Shown here: in pieces, positions 8,663-20,751 of the stretch
How positions within the stretch are numbered: the first letter of the stretch is position 1
Layout of the letters: each line of letters begins with the position of its first letter
From: Fimbriosthenelais zetlandica
Taxonomy: Eukaryota
Length of the DNA stretch: 64,000 nucleotides
Direction: 5' to 3'
NCBI GenBank assembly: GCA_977030845.1
Contig: OZ365113.1
Location: 36,952,001 to 37,016,000 of the forward strand
Program-made: the position numbers and the translations under genes
Notes under the pieces: model-generated
What the model saw: the letters and a program-made list of their open reading frames with translations, nothing else
What the model was told of the DNA's origin: nothing
The model's database searches: none

Positions 8663-11600
8663 ATGAAGATCCTCACGTGGAATATCAATGGTGTCAGGGC
8701 CTCCAAGCTTCCCCTGAAGACAGTTTTTGATGGATTGGACGCTGATATAATTTGCCTGCAAGAGACAAAAATTACGCGTATGTAGGCCGCGCGCTTCCAG
8801 TCTCCAGATTTTTGTTTACATTTTGCCGGGCGGGCCCCTCTCCCATTTATTTTATGTCAGGACGTTGTAGATCCAATAACGTCATAGAAAATAACCTAGG
8901 ATACAATAATATACCGTACCTAGATGGTGACTTTATAGGGCGAGTTATTTCCAGGGCGAGATGTGAGGATAGTGGATTGAGCGATATTAGGTGCATGTTC
9001 CATAGGCAGTAGGCCAAAATTCACATCCACTATAATAATGTTCGGATTTCCCCTCAAATATTTATTTTATTTTATTTACAGGTGATATGTTAGACGAGAA
9101 GACTGCCATTGTTGATGGCTATAGTTCCTATTACAGCTTCTCAAATACTAGAACAGGATATTCAGGTCAGTATTATTTTGTGAATTGATAGGCTCAATAT
9201 TTTCTTGATACACTTCTCTTCTTTCTTTCTTTTTTTAAATGTATTGACTTGTATTGTATAGATTTGATCTATGACTATATGGGCCGCTGTAAGTCACTTG
9301 AATTTATGTTTTTTTTACTGGATGAGTACGAAATATAATGCATAAGCCTTGATATTGAAAACAAATTCAACTTACTTGTATAAATAACTTGATTCCTTAC
9401 CATGTATTAAGTTGGTGGTGTTTTAACTGCCAGGTGTCGCTACATACGTCCGGGATGACTCAACGCCGGTCAAGGCGGAGGAAGGATTATCAGGAAGGTT
9501 GAGGGGGGACGAGGAGGCAGCCATTGGTCATTATGGTGACCACTCGGACTTCACTGAGGAGGAACTGGACGGTCTGGACAACGAGGGACGTACCATGATC
9601 ACCCTGCATAACATCAAGTTTGTTCATCAAAATCAATGTCCTAACTTGTAAAATATCATAATCCTATTATAGTAACCGAGATCAAGTCATAGTGAAGAGC
9701 TTCATGTAGGTTTATCCTTAAATTAAGGGTTTCTTGAAAATTTCAGGAAAATGCACAAAAAAAAATTACTTGAAAGTCAACTCCTGTCATATTGGAAGGA
9801 TCCCTCCTAGAATAATGATAAAATAACGAAATCTCAATTCATGTAGGGCCTAAAAAGCATCAAGTATTATAATTTTTGTCCTGAAAATTAGGAACTTTGG
9901 TCTCATCAAACGCTACAAACAATGCTCGGCATTACCATCCAGTAAAAGCTGTGCGTATTTTAAGTGAATTTGTTTGTAATTATATTAAATATTGGCACTT
10001 GTATACCTTGTACAGGTGGGGTGTGGAGGAGCAGCGCCTGTTAGCAGTCATCAATGTCTACTGTCCACGGGCGGACCCGGAACGTGAAGACCGTAAAGCC
10101 TTCAAAGCGCGCTTCTACCAACTCCTGCAGATCCGAGCACAGACCCTCCTCACATCTGGCTGGTACGTGAAAACATCCCAGGTGGGCGAGGTTCTGGAAA
10201 CATACCTCCTCCCCAAAATAAATTCCAACTGCTGCACTTTTGATTCCCAACAGAGTTCCCAGCATTTCATGGTCATGATTTTTTAGAAATCCAGGATGAT
10301 TTGAAACCTCTTCAATTATGCCTAACTTAGACGGAAAAAAGGGAGAATATTTCCCCTGATTTTCTTGGAGGGCTTGGAAATCTGTGAACCTACCTGTTAA
10401 ATTGAAATTTTACATTATAAGACATTTCAAAGTGCAATGTGACATTTATAATAGTATAAAACTAGTATTCAAACTTATAATAGTATTAAACTAGAGCTGT
10501 GTGATTCTGTATTTAAATGAATGTTTTCTCATTTCAGTCACGTTATAATACTCGGGGATGTTAATACTGCACACAAGCGTAATGACCATTGTGACCCTGA
10601 AGACCAAGATGTAAGCTTTAACTCCTACACAACCATCCCCACCTTTCTACACCATTATTAACCTTTTCCTTAATAATTAATTTAATGACAGGTAATTTCT
10701 CGATTAAGCAGTATGTCTTACGCATTCATATTGTAGTATTGTGAACGAAATTTAACCATAAACAAAATGATCAAAGTATTTTCCTTTCTTTTGCTAATAA
10801 AAATATTGTATTAATTAATTTTAGGACTTCGTCAAGAACCCAGGCCGGCAGTGGTTAGATCAACTACTTTGGACACCGCCGGTAAAAAGTAGTAATGAAA
10901 GTGACCAAAACCAAACAGAAAAACAAGAAAAATCATTGATAGAAACATACCAGGAAATAACGGAGGAATCATCGGACCATCTGTTTGTAGATACATTCAG
11001 GTATTTCTACCCCAACAAAACAAACATCTACACGTGCTGGAACACAATGAAAGGCTGCAGAGAAACCAACTTTGGTACAAGAATTGATTACATTCTGGCT
11101 GATAAACGACTGGCCGTTGACATGTGTACAGATTGTGTTATCCTGGGAGAGGTGATGGGGTCAGATCACTGCCCCGTTAAGGCTACATTCACATGCCCCT
11201 TAACACCAGCTAAACGCCTGCCTGCCTTATGCACCAGGAACTTCCCCGAGTTCGCAGGCATTCAGACCAAACTCTCAGCATTCTTTACCAAAGGTACCAA
11301 GAGACCTCATCTAGAAAGTCCAAACAAACAGGATGTGAAAAACAGTTCATCAAACGATTCACAAATTCAGAATCCTTCTGAAAAACAACCACCCCTCGTC
11401 AAATCCTCCACCTTACCCCCACCAGCAAAGAAGCTGAAAATTGAAAAACAAAACTCAGGGAAAAAACAGAGCAGCCTTGCTAACTTCTTTGGGAAGCCAT
11501 CTAACAAGTCTCTGACATCTTCTGTAAAAGATCAGGAAAAACTGGACAAACCAAAACAGACTGAAAGTGGAACAACCGCCCTGGTTACTCCAACTGTTTC

Positions 11601-11904
11601 TGCGGATTTGACTGAAACAAAAAAAGTGGAAAATCAAAGTAAAGATAGTTTAGAGAAGCCAAAAGTGGCGAGCGCTGCGTGGAAGAACCTTCTAAAGGGT
11701 CCACCCCCGGCCCCCAGGTGTAAGGGGCACGGGGAACCATGCCTGCTACGGACAGTCAAGAAGGAGGAGAGTCTAAACAAAGGTCGTCAGTTCTACGTGT
11801 GCTGCAGGCCTGACGGTCACAAGTCAGACCCACAGGCGAGATGTGATCACTTTGAATGGGTAGACAAGAAAAAGAAACCTCCACAAATGTCAAAATCTAA
11901 ATGA
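8663..11904 (+). CDS. APEX2: DNA-(apurinic/apyrimidinic site) endonuclease 2; exons 8663-8777, 9082-9165, 9434-9617, 10016-10162, 10538-10610, 10825-11904
   Basis: ExoIII/EEP motifs MKILTWNINGVR, ICLQETK, GYSGVAT, INVYCP, GDVNTAH, RIDYIL, GSDHCPV; PIP box QSSLANFF; C-terminal zf-GRF (CKGH...C...N.GRQFYVC...C). All introns GT-AG with consistent phases. Confidence 0.95.
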
Positions 11905-12140
11905 AACATGTATCTAAAACATATAGATGGGTACATTTCAGGGTCTATTTTTGATATGAAATATTGAAAATTGACCTTCGAACACACTCCTAATTGAGTA
12001 TTAAATGTACTATATTTTACTACTGAAAAGAGCACGAGATGCTTCAGGTTTTTTGTATTGTAAACGTCCAATTCTACACAATGAATGCCATGTACAAAAT
12101 GTATCATTTTAACATGCATGTCACCAATACATCTCTGCAT

Positions 12141-12146
12141 AATAAA
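12141..12146 (+). terminator. Candidate poly(A) signal for APEX2
   Basis: AATAAA 237 nt after the stop codon; second AATAAA near 12217. Confidence 0.4.
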
Positions 12147-12534
12147 GTATTTAGATTCAATCTATGCATTTAGATCTTCATTCTATGCGCCAACAATTGT
12201 CTGTAGATCATAGCTCAATAAATGAAAATTAAATCGGGCCATTATAATTTCTTAAAGCGTCTAATTTTGTACATGATAGTCAGAAGTAAAAAGCCACTCT
12301 GTGTCTACCTACATGAATACTAGTAGATAAATGAGGGAAGATTCTAGATGATTCACACTGTCTATCATTAAGGCACCATGAGGTTCGGGTCATTGACTAA
12401 TATCAAGATAAATGAAGCATAACAATTCTACATGTATCTCTATCCCTCCCATCCTACCCTCCAGAAAATGGTTTTCTCAAAGTGGGTGCAGATACTGAGT
12501 ATACAACGAATCAATGGTGATTTAACGCCATCGA

Positions 12535-12658
12535 GTATACATGTTTGACAGATGTATACATGTTTGACAGATGTATACATGTTTGACAGATGTATACATA
12601 TTTGACAGATGTATACATGTTTGACAGATGTATACATGTTTGACAGATGTATACATGT
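12535..12658. repeat. 19-bp minisatellite (atgtttgacagatgtatac) x ~6.5
   Basis: Units start at 12541, 12560, 12579, 12598, 12617, 12636. Confidence 0.95.
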
Positions 12659-13084
12659 GTATATGGAAAAAATCTCTTGAAAAAATCACATTACCAACTA
12701 ATAATTGGTACTGTTTGAGAAATACTTCATAAAATTTGGTGAATGATGTAGATGATTGAAATGGTCGAATAAATATTTTTTGAACTTTGAAACAAAGAGG
12801 AGACCCTTATATTTCATTTCCTCGCCCTCCCTGTGCGTTCCAGACATTTCAGACATAATATACGAGATCCCCAGTAAACAATAACAGATTGAGATTACTA
12901 CTGAACTACAGTAACTCCTCATAAAATGTAAATATAGTCAAACAATCTCTAAAGCTATCCATGCCAATAATCATGACCAGCTCTCTCAGTCAGGGAGAGA
13001 GGTTCCAGTTCGTAATCCATCATAATATGAATATTTTGACAAATATTATGAAATGCATGTGTGTAATGTTCATTGTCACTTTCC

Positions 13085-16000
13085 TCATTGACTTGGATTC
13101 ATGGCGTTCCATAATATGGCGTGGCCATCCGTGTGAGTTACTGGTACGGTATGTTGAAAATCAGAGTCGAGTAAACTGAGCGCCATAGATTGAGGTGGAG
13201 CCAGGCGGCAGTCCATGTTAGTAGGTGCTGCCATCTGTGGGTGAGGTGGTTGAGGTGGGGGTGGGGGGTGGGGATGATGATGATGGTGATGGTGATGGTG
13301 GTGGGGTTGGGGTTGTTGTGGTGGTTGTTGTTGTGGTTGTTGTGGGGCATGTTGCACCTGTGGTGGTGGAGGTGGAGGTAGTGAAGGTGTAGGTGTTGCC
13401 GCTGGTGGCGCCATGGGTGCTGCTTCTGATACAGTAATAACAGCAGCAGCGCCGTCTGAGCCTTGGTTGGAGAGTTTATGAACTAAATGCTGGTTGCTGG
13501 GTAGACTGAGACCGTGGACTTTCTTCATGTGAAGTCTCAGGTTGCCCTTCACGTTGGTACAGTAACTGCAGGCTGTACACGCCCAAGGTTTGTAATTCTG
13601 AAATAATAATTTAAATTTTTTTTTATATTTCTGAATAATAAAATCAGTCAAAAGTCACCATTGGTCATGCCAAATTAACAAGTTGTTGCAGATGAACTGC
13701 GTTATATCGGCAGGTAAAAATATTTTTTTAAAGAATGTTTAAGATATACTTACCCTATGTTCATGCATTCGGTCAATGTGTTTCTGCATCGCTCGCTGTC
13801 CATAACAAGCCTTGCAGGCGTAGCTGCAGCCGTCATACGGACAATTCAGCCAGGCATTGTCTTAGAGAGAAAAAAAATATTTATAAATAAATTTAAATTA
13901 AATTTAATTGAATATAATTCTGATCTATATGTCTAATCGTTTCTTAGAATATATCAGAAGGATTTCCTTGGATTCCGTCGATATTAAAATTAATTTACAT
14001 TTAATACCCATAAAGATTTTGCAGTAGAATTTAGTTTAGTGGCGTGTACATTCTGCATGTAAGATGAGTTATTTGACTTACCAGTGGCGTGTACATTCTG
14101 CATGTAAGATGAGTTATTTGACTTACCAGTGGCATGTACATTCTGCATGTAAGATGAGTTATTTGACTTACCAGTGGCGTGTACATTCTGCATGTAAGAT
14201 GAGTTATCTGACTTACCAGTGGCGTGTACATTCTGCATGTAAGATGAGTTATTTGACTTACCAGTGGCGTGTACATTCTGCATGTAAGATGAGTTATTTG
14301 ACTTACCAGTGGCGTGTACATTCTGCATGTAAGATGAGTTATTTGACTTACCAGTGGCGTGTACATTCTGCATGTAAGATGAGTTATTTGACTTACCAGT
14401 GGCGTGTACATTCTGCATGTAAGATGAGTTATTTGACTTACCAGTGGCGTGTACATTCTGCATGTAAGATGAGTTATTTGACTTACCAGTGGCATGTACA
14501 TTCTGCATGTAAGATGAGTTATTTGACTTACCAGTGGCGTGTACATTCTGCATGTAAGATGAGTTATTTGACTTACCAGTGGCGTGTACATTCTGCATGT
14601 AAGATGAGTTATTTGACTTACCAGTGGCGTGTACATTCTGCATGTAAGAGGAGTTATTTGACTTACCAGTGGCGTGTACATTCTGCATGTAAGATGAGTT
14701 ATTTGACTTACCAGTGGCGTGTACATTCTGCATGTAAGATGAGTTATTTGACTTACCAGTGGCGTGTACATTCTGCATGTAAGATGAGTTATTTGACTTA
14801 CCAGTGGCGTGTACATTCTGCATGTAAGAGGAGTTATTTGACTTACCAGTGGCGTGTACATTCTGCATGTAAGATGAGTTATTTGACTTACCAGTGGCGT
14901 GTACATTCTGCATGTAAGATGAGTTATTTGACTTACCAGTGGCGTGTACATTCTGCATGTAAGATGAGTTATTTGACTTACCAGTGGCATGTACATTCTG
15001 CATGTAAGATGAGTTATTTGACTTACCAGTGGCGTGTACATTCTGCATGTAAGATGAGTTATTTGACTTACCAGTGGCGTGTACATTCTGCATGTAAGAT
15101 GAGTTATTTGACTTACCAGTGGCGTGTACATTCTGCATGTAAGATGAGTTATTTGACTTACCAGTGGCGTGTACATTCTGCATGTGGACTCGCAGATCGC
15201 GCGCTGTAGATGACTGACGTCCACACACGGTACACTGGAACTTTTTGGGTCCTAGAAATAATAGAAATGTAGACACTGAATGAACATATGTCTGACAAAT
15301 TAAGTTATTTCCTGTCCAATATGACGACAAATCCTCAAATCAAAGGACCTCTGACCACCGCTACAGTCGACATTTCCTCGCATCTTAATCATAGTAATAC
15401 GGACACAAAAGTGATTTCACAAATTCACTGAGTTTTCCCAAACATTCTCTGTCCAATCTAAAAATGTCCCGACTTCTCCCTGACCTTGAAAGAAAACTTT
15501 ATCTAATGGCAACCCTGATTGATATTAAAATATTAATTTGGTAAGCTATCTTGTGTATACATTATGAAATAGGAAGTAAATGTAATGATTTATAAGACAG
15601 ACCATGTCGAGCAATGTGGTCCCTCAGCTTGGCCTGGGAAGGATCCGAGTAGTCACAGTGAGGGCAGCTAGTCCTGAAAAATACAAACCACAAAACCAAA
15701 ACTTAACAATTTAATTAAGTGAATATTTCCGACAATTCCACTATCCTACATAGACATATTAATTAAATAATAATGCTGTTAAGTGTTTATAAATACCCTG
15801 CGTTTCAACAGAGAAAATTAATTGTATTCTCCCATAATTAACTCACCTATGTTCTAGACTTTCCTGCTCGACGGGAACCTCCTTGTGTTTTTTGAAGACA
15901 TGTCGGCGTAGAGCATTGCTATCAAAGCATCTGTAGGGACATTTCTCACACAGATACGGCTTCTTAAGTTCGTGAACCCGCCGGATATGAGTCTGAATGT

Positions 16001-17588
16001 GAGGAAAATTAATTATTATAAAGTAACATTTATGATATTAATCCAGAAATTCGATGAGAAAAGTTAAGTTAAATTAAAAATATTCGCAATCTTTGGATTT
16101 GTGAAGTTGGATTACATTGAAGATAATTTATTTATTATTTGTTTGCAGAAAAAAATGTTACCTTTAGTTGAGCCGTTGACTTGAAGTCTTTTAAGCAGAT
16201 GGAGCATCGTGCGGGGGTGAATGACTTGTGGACAAACCTCTTGTGTTCAGCAACGCAAAAACTGTTAAACGAAAAGTAAATATTTAGAACTAAAACTATA
16301 GTATTGAATTGTATTATTCGAAAGGCGCTAAATGACATTATAAAGTAGACGAGATATTTTTTAATAATTCGAATAACGATTGTGACAAAGTTTTAAGAAT
16401 GTTACCTTGACTGATACTTCTTGCCGCACACCTCGCACACGACTCCCTCGTCCATGTGTTTTCGCTGGAAGTGACTCTCAATACTTGAGTTATAAATAGA
16501 CTTGTAGTCACATCCCTCAATCTGAAAACATGTCACAAAATGATCACAAAATGCCCAAAGATCTTCCTGACGACTGATTAAATTTTAACAATCTGAATTA
16601 TTTAAATTTTAAACAGAAGAATTCTTGAAAAAACTAGGTTCATCGATAAAAAAAAAATAATCTAGATTTTTAAAAATGCTCCGGAATGAAGGTTTTAAAG
16701 GTTGGCTATCCAAAATAAAATTTTGAAGTCCGGTTTTATCATTATTTAAAAACATTGAAGACGCACCTGGCAATAATACCACTCCGGTTCAGGCATCCCC
16801 TCCCTGTAATGTTCAAGCACTCGATGCGCCAACAGTTGTTTGGGTCTTTTAAACACCTCGTCACACTCAGTACATCGATGTCTCCTATGGGCGTGCATGA
16901 CTTCCCTGTGTTCCTGATACCCAGCTAATGTATCAAATGTTAAATGACATGTTGTACACCGCCTACTCCCCTTAGGTCCTCGCAGTTTCTTCCGAGCACC
17001 CCTGCTTTTAATCTTGATCGACTTATTGGAAATACTGCTTTTTTTCTTTTTAATTCTGGTAGTTTTCTTTTTGGGTTCTGGCTCTGGCTCATCGTAACTG
17101 TCATGATCGGCGGACCAGTCGTTGTCAGAATCATCGTGTATTTCAGACTTGACCTGGTCAGGCACCTCTGTACCTGGAAGCACCTGTGGTGTAACATCAG
17201 TAGAGATGATAGCCGAGTTCACCGCCGAGTCTAACCCTCCAAGTAAAGCACCACTCTCAGTCTCTTTCTTACAGAACCTAATCCCCTCTGGTATCTGTAA
17301 ATCTTCACAGATCTGCATGAGGGCGGGATCTTCCTCTTTGGTGGTTCCTCGATATATGATCTCCACGACAGCCTGTAGCTGGGTGAAGTTCACCTTGGGT
17401 ACAGTCAGGGTTTGGATGTATTCATCCTCAGAGAGCAGAGCGGCCTGGAAGTAGGGGGAGCTGGCTGAGGCTATGAGCTTGTGAACGTGGATAGACTGGC
17501 CATCGTCGGTTTGTAAGAAGAGGTCACAGAGTTTACTCGACTGCTGGAACTCCCATAGTTTGTCACGCATACTCCACGGCGGGTCCAT
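13085..17588 (-). CDS. BTB/POZ + ten C2H2 zinc-finger transcription factor (ZBTB-like) with C-terminal Q/P/H-rich tail; coding exons 17588-16767, 16521-16406, 16261-16162, 15992-15847, 15673-15603, 15251-15162, 13860-13754, 13597-13085
   Basis: BTB motif (LCDLFL...IHVHKLIASASSPYF...LQAVVEIIYRG); ten Cx2-4C...Hx3-5H fingers assembled across GT-AG introns with matching phases. A noncoding 5' exon is implied by the acceptor at 17623. Confidence 0.9.
14038..15186 (-). repeat. 45-bp tandem array (~25.5 copies) copying the exon/intron junction of zinc-finger exon 6; contains 25 G|GTAAGT 5' splice sites
   Basis: Minus-strand unit GTAAGTCAAATAACTCATCTTA + CATGCAGAATGTACACGCCACTG. Donor GT at 14081+45k (k=0..24). 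Translates as GKSNNSSYMQNVHAT in the gene frame. Confidence 0.97.
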
Positions 17589-18363
17589 CCTCACAGGTGA
17601 GGTCCGATCCAAACTTGACAAGCCTGAAATGAGAGGTATATAAAATAATTCATGTTTTATTTCATAGCAAAAGGTCTTGGAAGAAAAGGAAGGGAAAAGG
17701 TCATAAGATGTTTCAGGTTTATTCCAGCTCAAACTAATTTTTGCACCTAATAAAATTTAATACAGATGGTCCATAACTCTTATCTGAGAAGCCTTTAATA
17801 TAAATAATTAGTCAGCATTGCATTACTCCCATTAGGTTTAGTTTATGACTATCTGACTTAGTCGGAAGAATACTGTGAACCGGAGGGTGCGAAGAGGATT
17901 GGAAAGTGAGCTGCTCGAACGAGATTATCAGTCCCTGAGTCTGACACAGACAGTGACAGAGTGCCCCGACTTGCGGTAGCTCATGCTCACATAATTACAT
18001 GTTTATGAGATAGAGAGGAACCGGTCTGCCTTTGATACATGAATTACAGTTCAGAGACACCGTATTCATCAATATATTGTGGAATAAAGCCATGGTAATC
18101 AGTATATCAACGACAACATGCTTCTGGCTGCCCTGGACGATCACAATAGACTGAGCGATAATAGGGGTTCATAGAAAATACGATGGTAAGACATGGACAT
18201 TAAGATGCATACAAGATCACTGATGTTGAAAACAAGTACTTTAGTATCGGTACTGCATACTTAACTATCTTAATTATGACAATAACACAAAATAACAGCA
18301 CAGTCTTACTTGAATGGCCTGGTTTAGCGGACCGCTGTTTGCGGCAGGTGGCGCTTGGGTATG

Positions 18364-18388
18364 ACCGGAAGTGAGTACCGGAAGTGAG
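18364..18388. promoter_or_regulatory. Tandem ETS/GABP-type sites (ACCGGAAGTGAG x2) in a probable bidirectional promoter shared by the ZBTB-like gene and ARL6
   Basis: Two exact CCGGAAGTG motifs 13 nt apart between divergent genes. Candidate 5'UTR donor CAA|GTAAGA on - at 18309, and candidate acceptor ttttcttccag on + near 18887. Confidence 0.6.
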
Positions 18389-19017
18389 AAGTAGGCTGGG
18401 ATGGGATTCCTGCAGCTATGGACGCTTTTCATTGATCCATTTCATGCTTTACTGCTAACTATTCTACGCTTTTAGGTTCGTATCAAGGTTTGATTTCTAT
18501 AATTTCTGTTTACAAGCTTTCCCCAAGTGTATCTGATTTGTTGTTCAGTTGGTGATTGCTATTTCAATGTATATTTTATCATTGGATCCCATCTGAAATG
18601 CCGGTTGTTGGTCTTGTTTACTACTGTCATGACATGTCTGTAAACTGCAAAACAGAGCAGGGCCTCTCAATATCTGAGTCATTCTCTGGCATGAATGATT
18701 AATACCTTTGGCTTTTGTTAGGCCTACTTTATTACTCAATATCAGCATCCAGTTTACTTTAAGCATAGATAGGCAGGCTCTAGTTTATAAATATTTAAAT
18801 TTTCTATCCAATTGTTGTCATGCTTGTTCCATTATTCCAAGATTAAAAGTCACCATTTGATTCTAAAAATGTGTCTTTTTCTTCCAGTTATTCCTCAGAG
18901 GAAGTAGAATTTCAACTGCTCAACGCCATTCAATTGCCACATTGGATCCTAGCCTACTCATCAACTGCCCCTCACTGAAGCCTACCCATCACTGTGACTC
19001 ACAAATAGACCAGGAAT

Positions 19018-19590
19018 ATGGGGTTCTTTTCCAAACTCTTCCAGTTCCTTGGTGTGAAGAAAAAAGAAGCCAATGTCATTGTAGTAGGCCTTGACAACTC
19101 TGGTAAAACCACCATCTTAAACCACCTCAAGCCAGAAGAGTCCAAAGCCCAGGAGGTCGTCCCGACTGTGGGATTTAACGTGGAGAATGTCACCCATCAG
19201 AAGTTATCACTGAACGCTTTTGACATGTCCGGCCAAGGACGCTATCGTAACTTGTGGGAGCACTACTATAGAGATTGCCAGGGTATTATATTTGTCATCG
19301 ATGCCAGTGACAAGATCAGGATGGCTGTTGTCAAGGATGAGCTACTAGAGCTGATGTCTCATTCTGATATCCAGGGACGTCGTGTACCCATCCTTTTCTT
19401 TGCTAATAAATCGGATATCCGCGATTCTTTGTCCAGTGTGAAATGTTCCACCTTATTGGTACTGGAGTCTATACGTGATAATCCATGGCATATCTGTGCT
19501 AGTAATGCCATAACCGGTGATGGACTGAGCGAAGGCATGGACTGGCTAGCTGATCAAATCATTGCCGGTATGTCTAATTCTAAAAAATGA
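19018..19590 (+). CDS. ARL6: ADP-ribosylation factor-like protein 6 (BBS3), 190 aa, intronless CDS
   Basis: MG N-terminus; P-loop GLDNSGKT; PTVGF; [16 protein letters not shown]; ANK.D; PWHICAS.A..G.GL.EG.DWL, which is ARL6-diagnostic. Confidence 0.95.
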   Translation: MGFFSKLFQFLGVKKKEANVIVVGLDNSGKTTILNHLKPEESKAQEVVPTVGFNVENVTHQKLSLNAFDMSGQGRYRNLWEHYYRDCQGIIFVIDASDKIRMAVVKDELLELMSHSDIQGRRVPILFFANKSDIRDSLSSVKCSTLLVLESIRDNPWHICASNAITGDGLSEGMDWLADQIIAGMSNSKK

Positions 19591-20751
19591 AATCTTGTAT
19601 TAATAATGATAATAATACATTTTCTGTTTTCCATTATGTAAAGGCTAGCTTCAATTTAAATGTCTGCCACTTGAGCGTTGTCACCCCTTCACATTCCATA
19701 TGTTTTACAAAGGTTTTATTTTGTATTTTGTTGTATCAATGTGGAAAAAGGTGGCTTCTCAGCTATTTGAACAAGGCTTGTTCCATGTCCATTCAATGAT
19801 ATATTTTCTTAATGTAAAATGCTCAGCAGTTGATTTATAATATTTGAAATTTAGTTATATTCTCAAATCGTGTGATATGAATAGCAGCAATACTTGGAAA
19901 GAATTTCTCAGTTAAATATGAATATTTCAAGTGTCCAGACCTAAAGGTTTTCTTCCTTCGTCCATCTTGAGTATTGCTCTTAACAAATAAGAAATTCTAG
20001 TTATTGTTATAGACAGAAGAATTGCGTCAGTATTATGTAAGATAGAATTACAATCGCGATTCTTCAACTGTTAAAGTTAAGGTAATTTGCTATGCAAGTT
20101 CATTTAATCTGGCGAGAAATGGGAAAGGTGATCCCAAGGTCTGAAAGATTGTATCAAAGAGAAATGGCATTTATCTCTCACCCTAAGATTCATAGATGTT
20201 ACAACACTTGATTCTTATATTGTATGTCAGTAAATACTAATGCACCGTCCAATTATACATTGTCTTGTACAGTACTCATATAATATATCCCTCAATAACA
20301 ATATCTCACTCGTGATATTCACTCTGTACTGTCTGTTATAACAGTTCAGATTATTTTGAAACTTTCCGAGCCAGAGAAGATTTTAGCATGTGTTCAATTT
20401 GTGAAAATAACTGGTGATGTTTTCTCTCCGTCCAAATTATCATATCCTCCTTAACTACTTAAGTGACTTGATGTATTTTTGAGAATGCATGTTATTCACC
20501 AGTGGTCTAATCAACTGTGTAATCACCATCTACACACGAACATTTATTGTAATGCATGATTTCAGTGAACCTGAAGAAATGTAATACCGGTATCCTCTAT
20601 ATTATGATTAAACATTGTCAGTCACGTTACTCATTTTATGTTTCATTTCTTTAAACTTTGAGTGTATCGCCCTCTAAAACACAGATTATGCATACCGGTA
20701 CTAGGATATATTGTAGTACACATTGTTCCTATAAATGAGAAAATAACATCC

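Noticed and set aside
14038-15186. CRISPR-like or independent repeat-protein gene (three long ORFs on both strands)
   Set aside because: Repeats are contiguous with no unique spacers and the context is eukaryotic. The extra ORFs arise because a 45-bp unit lacks stops in several frames; only the frame continuous with the zinc-finger exon has support.
14038-15186. Array of 16-nt microexons using the CAG in each unit as an acceptor
   Set aside because: Polypyrimidine tract is weak, the within-unit intron would be only 29 nt, and a 16-nt exon shifts frame; not supportable without reads.
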